Source of the DNA: an uncultured Haloferula sp.
GTDB taxonomy: Bacteria > Verrucomicrobiota > Verrucomicrobiia > Verrucomicrobiales > Akkermansiaceae
Assembly: GCA_965652295.1 (NCBI GenBank)
Contig: CBFGTS010000007.1
Span: 1-64,000 of the forward strand
DNA: 64,000 nucleotides
Direction: 5' to 3'
Below, in pieces: positions 1 through 10,079 of this stretch. The notes below the pieces were generated by a model. It worked only from the letters and a program-made list of their open reading frames with translations. It did not search any database and was not told the DNA's origin. Within the stretch, counting starts at the first letter, position 1; each line of letters starts with the position of its first letter. A program made the translations under genes and the position numbers.

Positions 1-94
1 CGTCCTGCCGGCGTTCCCGGGTTCGAGCTGCAAGGGAGCATTCGCACTCCCGCGGCTGGCCCCTCTGGTCCGAGGCGGGCGGAACATACAAGGG

Positions 95-178
95 ACGGAG
101 AGTTACGGAGATCACGGAGAAAGGCAGGATGAAGGGTTTCACGGCTCTGTGGCCTCTGTCTTCCTCAGTGCCTCCGTG
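95..178. repeat. Imperfect inverted repeat built from ~9-nt (C)ACGGAG/ACAGAG units
   Basis: ACGGAGA x3 at 95-120, then complementary CTCTGT/CTCAGTG/CTCCGTG units at 145-178; related copy at 33642-33677. Confidence 0.55.
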
Positions 179-380
179 CCCACTTTTTCCTTTTTCCCGT
201 CACTTCCCACTCCTGCCGGGCGCCCGCCCAACCCTTTCCCTTGCTTGATCGCCCTGGGTGGAGAAGTCATCTCGACATGAAGCCGTCCCCGGCGGGGTGT
301 CGCACCTTCACTCTCCACGACGATGGAGATCGCGGAGGCCGGAGCCATCGCGTGGACTCCCCCGAGGTGCGGCCGGTGGG

Positions 381-1034
381 TCAACGGGAGCGGCGGGCCC
401 CGATCAACATGGCCAGCAGACCGAGAAACATCGATGCCGAGGTAGGCTCCGGAACTGTGGTAACCTGGCCGAAAGTAAGCGCCCCAATGGTATTGTAGGT
501 CTCCGATACCGAGGGTGCTCCCATGACCAGCGAGACAATCGTCTCGCCTTCGGGTGCGACAAACCCGGCAAAGGTCGGGCTGGCGACCGTGGTCGAAAAG
601 AGATCCGACGAGCTGTCACTGTAGTTGACCGTGAGGGAGATGTCGCCCGTCACCAGCGCTTCCGGAGTGTTCGTGATGAAAAACATACCCGAAAGGGCAT
701 TCGCGCCGCCCGTGATGTTGGTGAGCGAGAGCGTGTGCGTCTGGCCGGTCGAAACGGCTTTTCCCTGGCTCGAGTATGTCGCATCGTCAATGATCCAGAT
801 GCTCGTCGCCCCCGTCTCGATGATAAACGAGTAGCTTGTTCCATCGGTGGAAATGGGCGGAGTTTTGGAACCCAGTGTCTCACTTTCAAAATCGAACACC
901 TCAGAGCTTTCGATGACTCCGTTGAAGGTGGGTTCACTGAGATACACGGTCGCTTGGGCGACCATCGCAGGTCCGAGAACCAAGGCACCCGAAATCCATC
1001 GGGAAACGAAATGGATAATTGCTGGGTTTTTCAT
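381..1034 (-). CDS. PEP-CTERM sorting domain surface protein
   Basis: Signal peptide-like N-terminus (MKNPAII...AQA); C-terminal VPEP, hydrophobic helix, RRSR. Confidence 0.85.
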   Translation of the reverse strand: MKNPAIIHFVSRWISGALVLGPAMVAQATVYLSEPTFNGVIESSEVFDFESETLGSKTPPISTDGTSYSFIIETGATSIWIIDDATYSSQGKAVSTGQTHTLSLTNITGGANALSGMFFITNTPEALVTGDISLTVNYSDSSSDLFSTTVASPTFAGFVAPEGETIVSLVMGAPSVSETYNTIGALTFGQVTTVPEPTSASMFLGLLAMLIGARRSR

Positions 1035-1170
1035 ATGTGTTGAAACAACAGAGGCGTTGACCACTAGGAAAGCTAGACCTTCGGACCGGTTTGTCCAGAT
1101 CGTTTCTAACAACCAATGGGACCGCGTGCTGGGTTCCCATCCCCGACGGGACCACCCGGTTTTTCCAGTC

Positions 1171-3003
1171 CTACGGGCGGCCTGAAACGGCAGAGCCCTC
1201 AAGCTCAAGCACGCCCTTGGCCTTCGGCCAGGCCCTGAGGGCCTCGACGATGATCCAAGCTTCGAGGCCGAGAGTGGCAAGGCCGAACGCGACGAGGAGG
1301 TAGTTGGGGCTTTCCCCGGTGAGCCAGGCGGTGGGACCGGAGAAGAGCTGGAAAAGGAGAGCCGTGGCGGGGAGCACAAGCATGAAGACGGCGGGGACGG
1401 CGACGAACCACAGCGGCAGGTTGCGGCGCGCCATCCAGAAGAGGATGACGAGAAAGGCGAGGCCGCCGAGAAGTTGGTTGGTCGCGCCGAAGAGCGGCCA
1501 GAGGATCACGCCGCCCTTGCCGAGGTTGGCGATCTCCCACGCGGTGCCGGGCACGGGCATGGCGGCGATGAGGCCGGCGAGCGCGATGGCGACCAGCGTG
1601 GCGGCGTGCTTGTTGGTCAGGGTGCGCAGGCCGAGGGTCGCGGCGAGTTCCTGGGTGACGTAGCGCTGGAGCCGGCAGGCGGAGTCGAGTGTGGTGGCGG
1701 CGAAGGAGGCGACGAATACCCCCATCAGCGCGGTGGCGAAGGCCGCGGGCAGGTGCAGGGCACGGAGGAAATTCCCCGAGCCATCGACGAACGCGCCGAC
1801 CGTCGCGGGCAGGCCGCCGGAGGCTTTCCACGAGGCGTAGCGGTTGTGATAGGCATCGGTGCCGGTGAGCAGGGTGTCGGTCGCCTTGCCATCAATGATC
1901 TCCGGTGCGCCGAGGCCGAGACCGGCGACGCAGGCAAGGATCACCAGCACGGCCAGGAAACCCTCGGTGAGCATCGAGCCGAAGCCGACGAACTGGGCGT
2001 CGGTTTCCCGCTGGAGCTGCTTCGACGAGGTGCCGGAGGAAACCAGGCAGTGGAAACCGGAGATGGCTCCGCAGGCGATGGTGATGAAGAGGAACGGAAA
2101 CATCGGCGGTGCGCCCTCGGGCGCGTCGGCACCCATGCGGACCGGCTCGGCGACGATCTCCAGCGCCCGCTTTTCCTCCCCGAACCCGAACACCGCGGCC
2201 ACCACCAGGCCGATCACCACGAGGCCGAGCGAGGTGAGGAGCTGGAGCGAGTTGATGTAGTCGCGCGGCTGGAGGAGCACCCACACCGGCAGCACCGAGG
2301 CGATGTACGAGTAGAGTAGTAACAGCCCGACCCAGGCGATGACCGGGAGGTCGGCGAGGGTGGTGTTGAAGGTATGGAGCAGCCCGCTATCGCCGGACCA
2401 GACCGTGAAATACATCACCGCCAGGGCGATGAGCGAGGGGATGAGCAGGGCGATGCCCTTGCGGTGGAGCCAGATGCCGATGGCGACGGCGATGGGGATC
2501 TGGATCAGGCAGGGGAAGATCGAGGCCGGGAACATCCGGAACACGTTCGCGATGACCAGGCCGAAGATGGCGAGCACGATGGTCAGGGCGAGGAACAGGA
2601 TCGAGAGGAAGAGGACGCGGGTGCGTGGGCTGAGGACGCGGCCGGAGATGTCGCCGACGGTCTGGCCGCGGTTGCGCATGGAAACGACCAGCGAGCCGAA
2701 GTCATGGACCGCGCCGATGAGGATCGAGCCGAACAGCACCCACAGCAGCGCCGGCAGCCAGCCGTAGATTACGGCGAGGGCGGGACCGACGATCGGCCCG
2801 GTGCCGGCGATCGAGGTGAAGTGGTGGCCGAACACCACGCCCTTCGAGGTGGGGACGTAGTCGTTTCCATCCTCCAGTTCGATCGAAGGCGGGGTGCGCT
2901 CGGGATCGAGCCGGAAAACCTTCCGGGCCAGCCAGCGGCCGTAGGTGTGGTAGGCGACCAGGTAGAGAACCAGCGAGCCGAGCGCGATGAGGAGAGTGGG
3001 CAT
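1171..3003 (-). CDS. cstA: Carbon starvation protein A family peptide/pyruvate transporter
   Basis: DYVPT, FGHHFTSIAGTGPIVGP, IACGAISGFH, LWPLFGATNQL motifs; many TM helices. Confidence 0.92.
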   Translation of the reverse strand: MPTLLIALGSLVLYLVAYHTYGRWLARKVFRLDPERTPPSIELEDGNDYVPTSKGVVFGHHFTSIAGTGPIVGPALAVIYGWLPALLWVLFGSILIGAVHDFGSLVVSMRNRGQTVGDISGRVLSPRTRVLFLSILFLALTIVLAIFGLVIANVFRMFPASIFPCLIQIPIAVAIGIWLHRKGIALLIPSLIALAVMYFTVWSGDSGLLHTFNTTLADLPVIAWVGLLLLYSYIASVLPVWVLLQPRDYINSLQLLTSLGLVVIGLVVAAVFGFGEEKRALEIVAEPVRMGADAPEGAPPMFPFLFITIACGAISGFHCLVSSGTSSKQLQRETDAQFVGFGSMLTEGFLAVLVILACVAGLGLGAPEIIDGKATDTLLTGTDAYHNRYASWKASGGLPATVGAFVDGSGNFLRALHLPAAFATALMGVFVASFAATTLDSACRLQRYVTQELAATLGLRTLTNKHAATLVAIALAGLIAAMPVPGTAWEIANLGKGGVILWPLFGATNQLLGGLAFLVILFWMARRNLPLWFVAVPAVFMLVLPATALLFQLFSGPTAWLTGESPNYLLVAFGLATLGLEAWIIVEALRAWPKAKGVLELEGSAVSGRP

Positions 3004-3104
3004 GGAGCTGTTCCCCAATAGCCAACATTCAGTAAGGAATGATCAATCATGAAGTGCGGGCAGCTTGGGGAGCAGCGGCACCGACTCGCGGGTTGAAATT
3101 CCGG

Positions 3105-4265
3105 CTAGATGCTGGGGATGACCTCGACGGTGAAGCCTTTGAGATAGCTGGTCTCGGGAAGGGCGGGGAGAACGGGGTGATCGCCCCGCTGGCGGTGCTC
3201 GGCGAGGAGGCGGAGGGATTTTTTCGCATCGACGGAGGCGGCGACGAGGTTGTCGAGGAAAGCCTCGCGGCTGGCGTGGTGGGAACAGCAGTAGGTGGAA
3301 AGCAGGCCGCCCTTTTCCAGCAACTTGAGCGAGCGGAGATGGATCTCCTTGTAGCCGCGCATGGCGTCGTTGAGCGACTTCTTGTTCCGCGTGAAGCTGG
3401 GCGGATCGAGGATGATGAGGTCGTATTCAGCTTTGGCGTGTTTGAGGAAATCGAAGACGTTGTGCTCGATCACTTCGATCTCCAGGCCGTTGCGCTGCGC
3501 GTTGCGGCGGGTGGCCTCGCAGGCGGGGGCGGAGATGTCGACGGCGGTGACCTTGGCGGCACCGGCCTTGGCGCAGGCGAGGGCGAAGCCGCCCTGATTG
3601 GTGAAGCAATCCAGCACGCGCAGACCCTTGGCCATGGCAGCGATCTCGGTGTGGGAGCCGAGTTGATCGAGGTAGAGGCCGGTCTTTTGGCCGTCGAGCA
3701 GGTCGACTTCGAAGACAATGCCGTTGGCGGAGATTTCGAAACTGCCGGGAGCCGCGCCGTGGAGCGGCCGGATTTCCGGTTCGATGCCTTCGGCCTTCAG
3801 CACGGGCGAATCGTTGCGGAGAATGATGGAGGCGGGGGAAAGCAGTTCGACGAGGGCGGCGGCGATGAGATCGAGCCGCTGGTGCATGCCGAGGGTGAGC
3901 GCCTGGACGACGAGGTGGTCGCCATAGCGATCGACGATCAGGCCGGGCAGCCCGTCGGATTCGCTCCACACCAGTCGGCAGAGCGTTTCATCGAGGGCGA
4001 GTCGGCGACGGTATTCGATGGCGCGGCCGATGCGGCGGAGGAAAAAGTCGGCGTCGAGGTCCTGGCGGCGGCGGGAGAAGCGGCGGGCGACGATGAGTGA
4101 GGCGGGATTGTAGATGGCGGAGCCGAGCGGTCGGTCACGGTAATCCTTGAGGCTGATGACGTCGCCGGGCTGGGGCTCGCCGAAGGTTTTGCGGATTTCC
4201 CCGGCGTAGACCCATTCGTGGCCATGGAAGAGACGGGCGCGGGGAGCGATGACGAGACCGGACAT
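3105..4265 (-). CDS. rlmI: RlmI-like class I SAM-dependent rRNA m5C methyltransferase
   Basis: PUA-like GHEWVY, ESDGLPGLIVDRY, GQKTGLYLDQ, LDPPSF, ETSYLK. Confidence 0.85.
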   Translation of the reverse strand: MSGLVIAPRARLFHGHEWVYAGEIRKTFGEPQPGDVISLKDYRDRPLGSAIYNPASLIVARRFSRRRQDLDADFFLRRIGRAIEYRRRLALDETLCRLVWSESDGLPGLIVDRYGDHLVVQALTLGMHQRLDLIAAALVELLSPASIILRNDSPVLKAEGIEPEIRPLHGAAPGSFEISANGIVFEVDLLDGQKTGLYLDQLGSHTEIAAMAKGLRVLDCFTNQGGFALACAKAGAAKVTAVDISAPACEATRRNAQRNGLEIEVIEHNVFDFLKHAKAEYDLIILDPPSFTRNKKSLNDAMRGYKEIHLRSLKLLEKGGLLSTYCCSHHASREAFLDNLVAASVDAKKSLRLLAEHRQRGDHPVLPALPETSYLKGFTVEVIPSI

Positions 4266-4418
4266 GGGTGGGAGTGTAGGAGCCGGCGGCCGGTAGCAAA
4301 GAGCGAAGAGGCAGAAGGTGAAGCTTCCGTCACCATCGATCGGGGACCCGCCCCGGCGTCCGGCGAGATTCCCCTTGCTAGAAGGTCAGGCCCCGATTTA
4401 AACCGCTCTTCACCAACC

Positions 4419-4667
4419 ATGGGACAGCAGCACAGAAAAGTCATCAAGCGGACCCGCCGAAAGAACTACGTGAAGCGGAAGAAGGAGCAGGCGAAGCTCA
4501 GCGGCGTCGTGAAGAAGCGTCCGGCCGCGAAGAAGGCTGCCAAGGAAGCCAGCGCGAAAAAGGCCGCGAAGAAGGCCACCGCCAAGAAAGCGGCGAAGAA
4601 GGCACCGGCCAAGAAGGCCGCCAAAAAAGCTCCTGCCAAGCCGGAGTCGGACGACTCGGAGGAGTGA
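4419..4667 (+). CDS. Small basic protein with Lys/Ala-rich histone-H1-like tail
   Basis: MGQQHRKVIKRTRRKNYVKRKK followed by AKKAAKK repeats; terminator downstream. Confidence 0.75.
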   Translation: MGQQHRKVIKRTRRKNYVKRKKEQAKLSGVVKKRPAAKKAAKEASAKKAAKKATAKKAAKKAPAKKAAKKAPAKPESDDSEE

Positions 4668-4693
4668 TCCTCTGAACTGAAGAACTTTTACCA

Positions 4694-4726
4694 GGGCCGG
4701 TTGCGAAAAGCAGCCGGCCCCTTTTT
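4694..4726 (+). terminator. Intrinsic terminator
   Basis: GGGCCGGTTGC/GCAGCCGGCCC stem followed by TTTTT. Confidence 0.7.
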
Positions 4727-4735
4727 GTTGGGCGC

Positions 4736-5143
4736 ATGGAACGGCTGCTGGTGGTGGACGGGCACAGCGCGATCTTCGCGCTCGACGAGCTGCGGGAGCT
4801 GCACCAGGGGCCGGCGAGGCACCGGGCGCGGATCGAGCTGGTGCGGCGTTTGCGTGATCTGGGGGACCGCTCGGGCTGGGCGGTGGTGGTGGTGTTCGAC
4901 GGACGGCGCACCGAACGGAACTTCGAGGGCGGAAAGGAGGACGGCATCATGGTGGTGTATTCGAAGGGCACTGAGACGGCCGACACGGTCGTGGAGCGGA
5001 TCGCGGCCCGGTTTTCGATGAAAGGCGACGAGGTGCGGGTGGCGAGCAACGACCGGATGGTGCTGACCACGGCGTTGGCCTTCGGCGCAACGGGGATCCG
5101 GATCGCGGATCTGGAGGATTGGATGGTGCGTGAGCGCGGCTGA
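4736..5143 (+). CDS. NYN (YacP-like) PIN-fold RNase domain protein
   Basis: LVVDGH, VVFDG, ETADTVVER, VASND motifs. Confidence 0.8.
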   Translation: MERLLVVDGHSAIFALDELRELHQGPARHRARIELVRRLRDLGDRSGWAVVVVFDGRRTERNFEGGKEDGIMVVYSKGTETADTVVERIAARFSMKGDEVRVASNDRMVLTTALAFGATGIRIADLEDWMVRERG

Positions 5144-5194
5144 CGCGGGTTTGCCGTTGCCCGGTGGCGCGGCGGCGGCCAGCATCCGTGCCGG

Positions 5195-6205
5195 ATGGCA
5201 TTCACGGAAGATCGCGCGTTCGAACTCATCGAGGCGGCCCACCAGCGGGGCCGGCTGGCCCATGCATTCCTGATCAGCGGGTCGCGGGAATCAGGCAAGG
5301 AATCCCTGGCGGCACGGGTGATCCAGATGCTGCAAGGGGAAGCGACGGGAGGAGGGATGGATCTCTTCGGCGCGCCGGTGAAGGTGGAGGTGCCGCCGCT
5401 CGACGAACTGGCGGGAGAGTGGGTGAGGATCGTGAGGCCGCAGTCGAAATCCCGGCGGATCACGGTGGATTCGATTCGCGAGCTGGAGAAATCCCTGCAC
5501 GTGGTGGCGGGCGGGAGCCGGTGGAAGGTCGGGGTGATCTGTGATGCGGACCGGATGATCCCGGCGTCCGAAAATGCTTTCCTGAAGACGCTTGAAGAGC
5601 CGCCGCCGCGCACCTTGCTGCTGCTGCTCACGGAGAACCCGGGCGGCTTGTTGCCGACGGTGCTTTCGCGCTGCGTCCGGCTGCCGCTGATGGGGGGCGT
5701 CCGCGAGCCGGACGAAGTGGGAAAGGTGGTGCTGACGGTGCTCGACGGGGTGCGGGAAACCGGTTTCGGGTCGCCCGAGGTCGCTCTCGGTCTCAAGGCG
5801 TGCTTCAGCGAGGTGCTCGCGGAGATGAAGACGCGGGCGGAGGATGCGGCGAAGGAGTTGCTGAAGGAGGAGGAAAAGGCGCTGAAACAAGCCGTGGAGG
5901 GCGATTGGCTGAAGCGGCGCGAGGACGCGCTCAAGGCAGTGGCGGAATCCGACTATTTGAGCGACCGGGCCCGGCTTTTCGACCTGTTGCAATCGTGGAT
6001 GGCGGATGTGGTCCGGGCCAAAGTGGGAGCGGGGGGCATCGAGCTGCCGGAGTGCCGCGAGGTCACCGAGGCGGTGGCGGGACGGGAGGAGCTGGGGCGG
6101 CTCGTCGGGCGGATCGATGCCCTGAGGGAGCTGAGGGGCACGCTGGATACCAACGCGCAGGAGCAGCTCGCGTTGGAGGTGGGCTTTCTCAAGGCCTTCG
6201 CGTGA
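5195..6205 (+). CDS. holB: DNA polymerase III delta-prime subunit
   Basis: RLAHAFLISG, NAFLKTLEEPP, LLPTVLSRC. Confidence 0.88.
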   Translation: MAFTEDRAFELIEAAHQRGRLAHAFLISGSRESGKESLAARVIQMLQGEATGGGMDLFGAPVKVEVPPLDELAGEWVRIVRPQSKSRRITVDSIRELEKSLHVVAGGSRWKVGVICDADRMIPASENAFLKTLEEPPPRTLLLLLTENPGGLLPTVLSRCVRLPLMGGVREPDEVGKVVLTVLDGVRETGFGSPEVALGLKACFSEVLAEMKTRAEDAAKELLKEEEKALKQAVEGDWLKRREDALKAVAESDYLSDRARLFDLLQSWMADVVRAKVGAGGIELPECREVTEAVAGREELGRLVGRIDALRELRGTLDTNAQEQLALEVGFLKAFA

Positions 6206-6208
6206 TCT

Positions 6209-6796
6209 TCAGAAGCCGCCTCCGGGCCGGTGCTCGGCCCGGCTGACGATGCCGAAGGCGTCTTCCAGGCTGCGGGCGATGCCCTTTAGGCGGAGCTCCA
6301 GCTCATCGGCCAGAGCCCGCAACCCTTCCTGCCAGGAGCCGGCCTGCCAGAGCTTGCGGGGCTTTTCCAACAGCTCGTCGAGCGAGGGGCCGCCGAGGAA
6401 GGGCTCGAGGCCGTAGCCGGCGGTCAACGCGGCGCGCTGCGCCTCGGGATCGAGGACCAGCAGGATCAGGCGGTTGTGGCCGGCTTTTTCCGCCGCCCCG
6501 CAGAATTGGCCGCTGTTGAAGAGCCAGAAGGTGTGGAGGGAAAGAGGGTGCTCGACACCGAAGTGGCCGATGACGAAACGGACGCGGATTTGCGGGAAGA
6601 GATGCTCGATTTTTTCGATGCGATCGGCGAGCTGCCGTTTCCCGCGGGGTGACAGCACGGCGGCGCGGTCGCCCACCGGTTGTTCGAAGACCGGCACCGG
6701 TCCGAGCAGGGCCGAAACGCCGTCCGCGGTGAGCCCGCAGCCCGGACAGGCAGCGGTTCCCCCAGCGAGGGCGGTCCGGCAGTAGGGGCATTCCAT
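6209..6796 (-). CDS. TPM domain protein with N-terminal zinc ribbon
   Basis: CPYC...CPGC, D-x-A-x-VLS and GYGLEP motifs. Confidence 0.7.
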   Translation of the reverse strand: MECPYCRTALAGGTAACPGCGLTADGVSALLGPVPVFEQPVGDRAAVLSPRGKRQLADRIEKIEHLFPQIRVRFVIGHFGVEHPLSLHTFWLFNSGQFCGAAEKAGHNRLILLVLDPEAQRAALTAGYGLEPFLGGPSLDELLEKPRKLWQAGSWQEGLRALADELELRLKGIARSLEDAFGIVSRAEHRPGGGF

Positions 6797-6799
6797 GGG

Positions 6800-9724
6800 T
6801 CAGGAAACGGGGGCGATGGAGACGGTGATGGCGTTGTCTTCGGCGAGGTAACGCGCCGCGAGGTCGTTGATTTCCTCAAGGGTGATGGAGCGGACGTCCT
6901 CGATGCGCGAGCGGGCGAGATCGAGACGGCCGGGGTCGGCGGTGCTGCCGTTGAGGACGCTGTTGAGCCAGTAGCTGTTGTCGCGGAGCGATTTCTCCAG
7001 TTCGGAGAGCAGCGGACTGCGGGCGCGATTCAGTTCGTCCTCGGTCGCGCCTTCGGCGGCCAGCTCGCGGGCGATGCGGCGGCTGGCCTCGGCGAGGGCG
7101 TCGACATCGCCGGGCTTGCCGGTGCTCAGCGCGAGCATGAAGCCGTAGTCCTCCAGCGCCCGCGAGCCGCCGGCCATCGATGCCGGACTGTAGGAAGCGC
7201 CGAGTTTTTCCCGGACCTCCTCGCGCAGGCGGTCGGCGAGAATGTCGGCCAGCAGGTTGAAACGCCGGAACTGTTCCTCGTTGCCCCGTGGTCCGGGAAT
7301 CTTCCAAACCACGAGCGCCTGGGCGCGCTCGATCCGGCTCTCGTAGGTGAACTCCTTTTCCTGCGGGGATTTCGGGAAATCGACCGTCCGCAGGGAACTA
7401 TCCACAGGTTCGCCTTGCGGTCGTTCCGGCAGCGCGCCGAAGGTCGCGAGGATGAGGGGCACCACCGCATCCACCTCGAAGTCGCCCACCAAGTTCAGTT
7501 CGACGGGCGCAGGGGTGAAATCGCGGGCCAGCCAGGCTTCGAGATCCGCCGCGGTGTAGCCGAGCAGCACCTCGGGATCCTCGGGGAAGTCGAAGCGCGG
7601 ATCGCCGTCGTGGAGCCAGGCGAACATCCTCTGCATCGCGCCCTCGGAGTTGTGGCGGAGTTGCTGGAACATCATCGGCACCGAGCGGCGGAACTGGTCG
7701 ATCGCCTCCTGCCGCGTACCGGGATGCAGGATCTGCGCGGCCATCAGCTGGAGTTGCAGTTCGAGGTCTCCCGGCGTGGTCGTGCCGGCGAGGGCAAAAT
7801 GTCCGTCCTCGACGCCGAAGCCGGTGCCCACGTTGCGGCCGGCGAGGATGCGACGGAGCTCCTCCGCGGAGTGCTCGCCGATGCCGCCTTCGTTGACCAC
7901 GGCGGTGGCGAACTCGGCGAGACCGACTTTCGCAGGGTCCATCTTCAGGCGTCCGTGACCGATCCGTGCCATGAGTGAAATACGGTTCTTATCGTAGTCA
8001 GTAGGCTTGAGGTTGACCGTGACACCGTTGGAAAGCGCGAGCCGGGTGATGCCGAGGTCCTCGACGTCCTCCCGTTCCGTGATTTCGCCGGCGGTGCCGA
8101 AATCGGTGTAGGCGAAGTCCTCGAGTTCCTGCTCAACGGGCGGGGCGACGGTCATCGCCGCGGCTTCCGCGTAGCGCGCGAGAAGAGTGGAGGCGGCATC
8201 ATCAGGGGCCTCCTTGGCGGTCATCACCAGTTTCGGATCGGTCTCTTCCCAGAATCCGAGAAACGCGGCGTGGCAGTCTTTCGGGGTGATGTCCTTCAGA
8301 ATGGCACGAGCCACTTCGAGGTCGGTTTCCGGCGAGCTGAGGACGCTGCGATCGTTGAGGGTCCTGGCGATGAGAGTGGCGAGGGTGTCCGAGCGGCGGC
8401 TTTCGCGGTTGGCCACCTGTTGCTCGTGGAAGTTGAGGAGGTTGGCCTTGGCCTCGGCGAGCTCGGCGACGGTGAAGCCGTGCTCGAGGGCGCGGCGGAA
8501 CTCGTTCTCCAGCACGACCACGGCGTCATCCAGCCTGCCGTCGGTGACGGTGACATCGACGCTGCCGATGGTCATGTAGCGGAAAAGATCCTGCACGGAG
8601 GCCGAGCCCTGCAGAATGGACGAGTCGGACGCTTTGGAAATGCGATCGAACCGTCGTCCGAGCATCGAGTGCGCCAGAGCGAGGCGCATGAGGTCGGCGC
8701 GGTTCTCCTGGTTGTCGATGCGGTCTTGAAACGGTTTGATCCAGATAAGGCTCAGTTCGGTGCCGGGGAGTTCCTTGTCGGTCAGGACCAGGGGTTCGGC
8801 GGAGCGGGTGGTTTCAATCTCGCCGAGTTCGGGGTCGGCACCCGGCGACTCCGGTGCGGCGAAGGTGCTGAAGGCGTCGCGGATCCGCTGTTCGGCCGCT
8901 TCCGGCTTGATGGCACCGACGACCACGAAGGTCATTCTCGAGGGAACATAGTAGTTCTTGTAGAACTCGACGAACCGCTCCCTCGGCGCGTTGCGAATCA
9001 CTTCCTCTTCGCCGATGGGAAAACGCCGGGTGACGAGCGAGCCGGGGAGCAGCGCCTCGAACTGCTTTTTCATGATCCGGTAGCCGATCGAGTCGCGGCT
9101 GGTCATTTCTGAAAGAATCACGCCGCGTTCGTTGTCGATCTCCTCCTCGGCGAGCAGCGCGCCATCGGCGAAGTCCCGCATCACGGTGAAGGCGAGATCG
9201 AGCGTCGGATCGCTGAGATCCGGCAGGTCCAGCATGTAGACCGTTTCGTCGAACGAGGTGTAGGCGTTGGCGTGGGCACCGAAGGCGATGCCCAGGCGTT
9301 GCATGCGGGGGATCAGCTCGGCAGGGGTGAAGTGTTTGGTGCCGTTGAAGACCATGTGTTCGAGGAAATGGGCGATGCCCTGCTGGTCGTCGTTTTCCAT
9401 CAGTGAGCCAGCGGCGATGTGGAGGCGGACGCTGACGCGCTCCGGCGGCTCGGAATTCGGCAGGATCACGTAGCGCATGCCGTTGGCAAGGGAGCCGAAG
9501 ACCAGCTCAGGATCCGCCGGGATATCACTGACCTCGTGCGGCCACGGCGAGCGTGCGGTTTCGGCTTCTGAAGACGAGGGCTGATTGCTGGTGGTGGATG
9601 CGTTCTCCGCAGCGGGTGAGGAAGCGCCGGCGTCAGCCGGTGGTGGGTCCGGCTGGCGGACGATGAGAATCAGGGCTGCGGCCGCGAGCGAAAGGGAAAG
9701 AATCAAGGGGGCCGGATTGCGCAT
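6800..9724 (-). CDS. M16 family zinc protease (PqqL-like), exported
   Basis: Inverted zinc motif HFLEH, GSLMEND, NAYTSFDETVY; N-terminal hydrophobic anchor. Confidence 0.9.
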   Translation of the reverse strand: MRNPAPLILSLSLAAAALILIVRQPDPPPADAGASSPAAENASTTSNQPSSSEAETARSPWPHEVSDIPADPELVFGSLANGMRYVILPNSEPPERVSVRLHIAAGSLMENDDQQGIAHFLEHMVFNGTKHFTPAELIPRMQRLGIAFGAHANAYTSFDETVYMLDLPDLSDPTLDLAFTVMRDFADGALLAEEEIDNERGVILSEMTSRDSIGYRIMKKQFEALLPGSLVTRRFPIGEEEVIRNAPRERFVEFYKNYYVPSRMTFVVVGAIKPEAAEQRIRDAFSTFAAPESPGADPELGEIETTRSAEPLVLTDKELPGTELSLIWIKPFQDRIDNQENRADLMRLALAHSMLGRRFDRISKASDSSILQGSASVQDLFRYMTIGSVDVTVTDGRLDDAVVVLENEFRRALEHGFTVAELAEAKANLLNFHEQQVANRESRRSDTLATLIARTLNDRSVLSSPETDLEVARAILKDITPKDCHAAFLGFWEETDPKLVMTAKEAPDDAASTLLARYAEAAAMTVAPPVEQELEDFAYTDFGTAGEITEREDVEDLGITRLALSNGVTVNLKPTDYDKNRISLMARIGHGRLKMDPAKVGLAEFATAVVNEGGIGEHSAEELRRILAGRNVGTGFGVEDGHFALAGTTTPGDLELQLQLMAAQILHPGTRQEAIDQFRRSVPMMFQQLRHNSEGAMQRMFAWLHDGDPRFDFPEDPEVLLGYTAADLEAWLARDFTPAPVELNLVGDFEVDAVVPLILATFGALPERPQGEPVDSSLRTVDFPKSPQEKEFTYESRIERAQALVVWKIPGPRGNEEQFRRFNLLADILADRLREEVREKLGASYSPASMAGGSRALEDYGFMLALSTGKPGDVDALAEASRRIARELAAEGATEDELNRARSPLLSELEKSLRDNSYWLNSVLNGSTADPGRLDLARSRIEDVRSITLEEINDLAARYLAEDNAITVSIAPVS

Positions 9725-9864
9725 GGGGGTAAGGTGTTGCGGGGGTTGAGGGCTTGCAACGGTGAAACGAACGCAGGGGGACGCGAATTTCTCGTGAGGA
9801 GATGGAATTCGTGTTGCCAAAGGTCCGGGTGCGTGCTCATTTCGCCGCCCGTTTCTACCGAAGT

Positions 9865-9951
9865 GCGCACGTGGCGGAATTGGTAGACGCGCTAGATTCA
9901 GGTTCTAGTGGGGGCAACCCCGTGGAGGTTCGAGTCCTCTCGTGCGCACCA
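9865..9951 (+). tRNA. tRNA-Leu(CAG)
   Basis: GCGCACG/CGTGCGC acceptor stem, CTAGA-TTCAGGT-TCTAG anticodon arm, long variable arm, GGTTCGAG T-loop, CCA. Confidence 0.97.
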
Positions 9952-10079
9952 ATTTTTTTCCGTAACCCCGGCCCCCCGGGGGCGGGCCCGAAATGCAGCC
10001 GGGTTTTTGCCATTGATCGCATCCTGCGATTGGCAGACGCTGCCGCGCCGGCCGGAAACCGGCCGCATAACCATCATAC

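Noticed and set aside
9952..10079. Island integration at tRNA-Leu
   Set aside because: No duplicated tRNA 3' end or integrase seen in the window.
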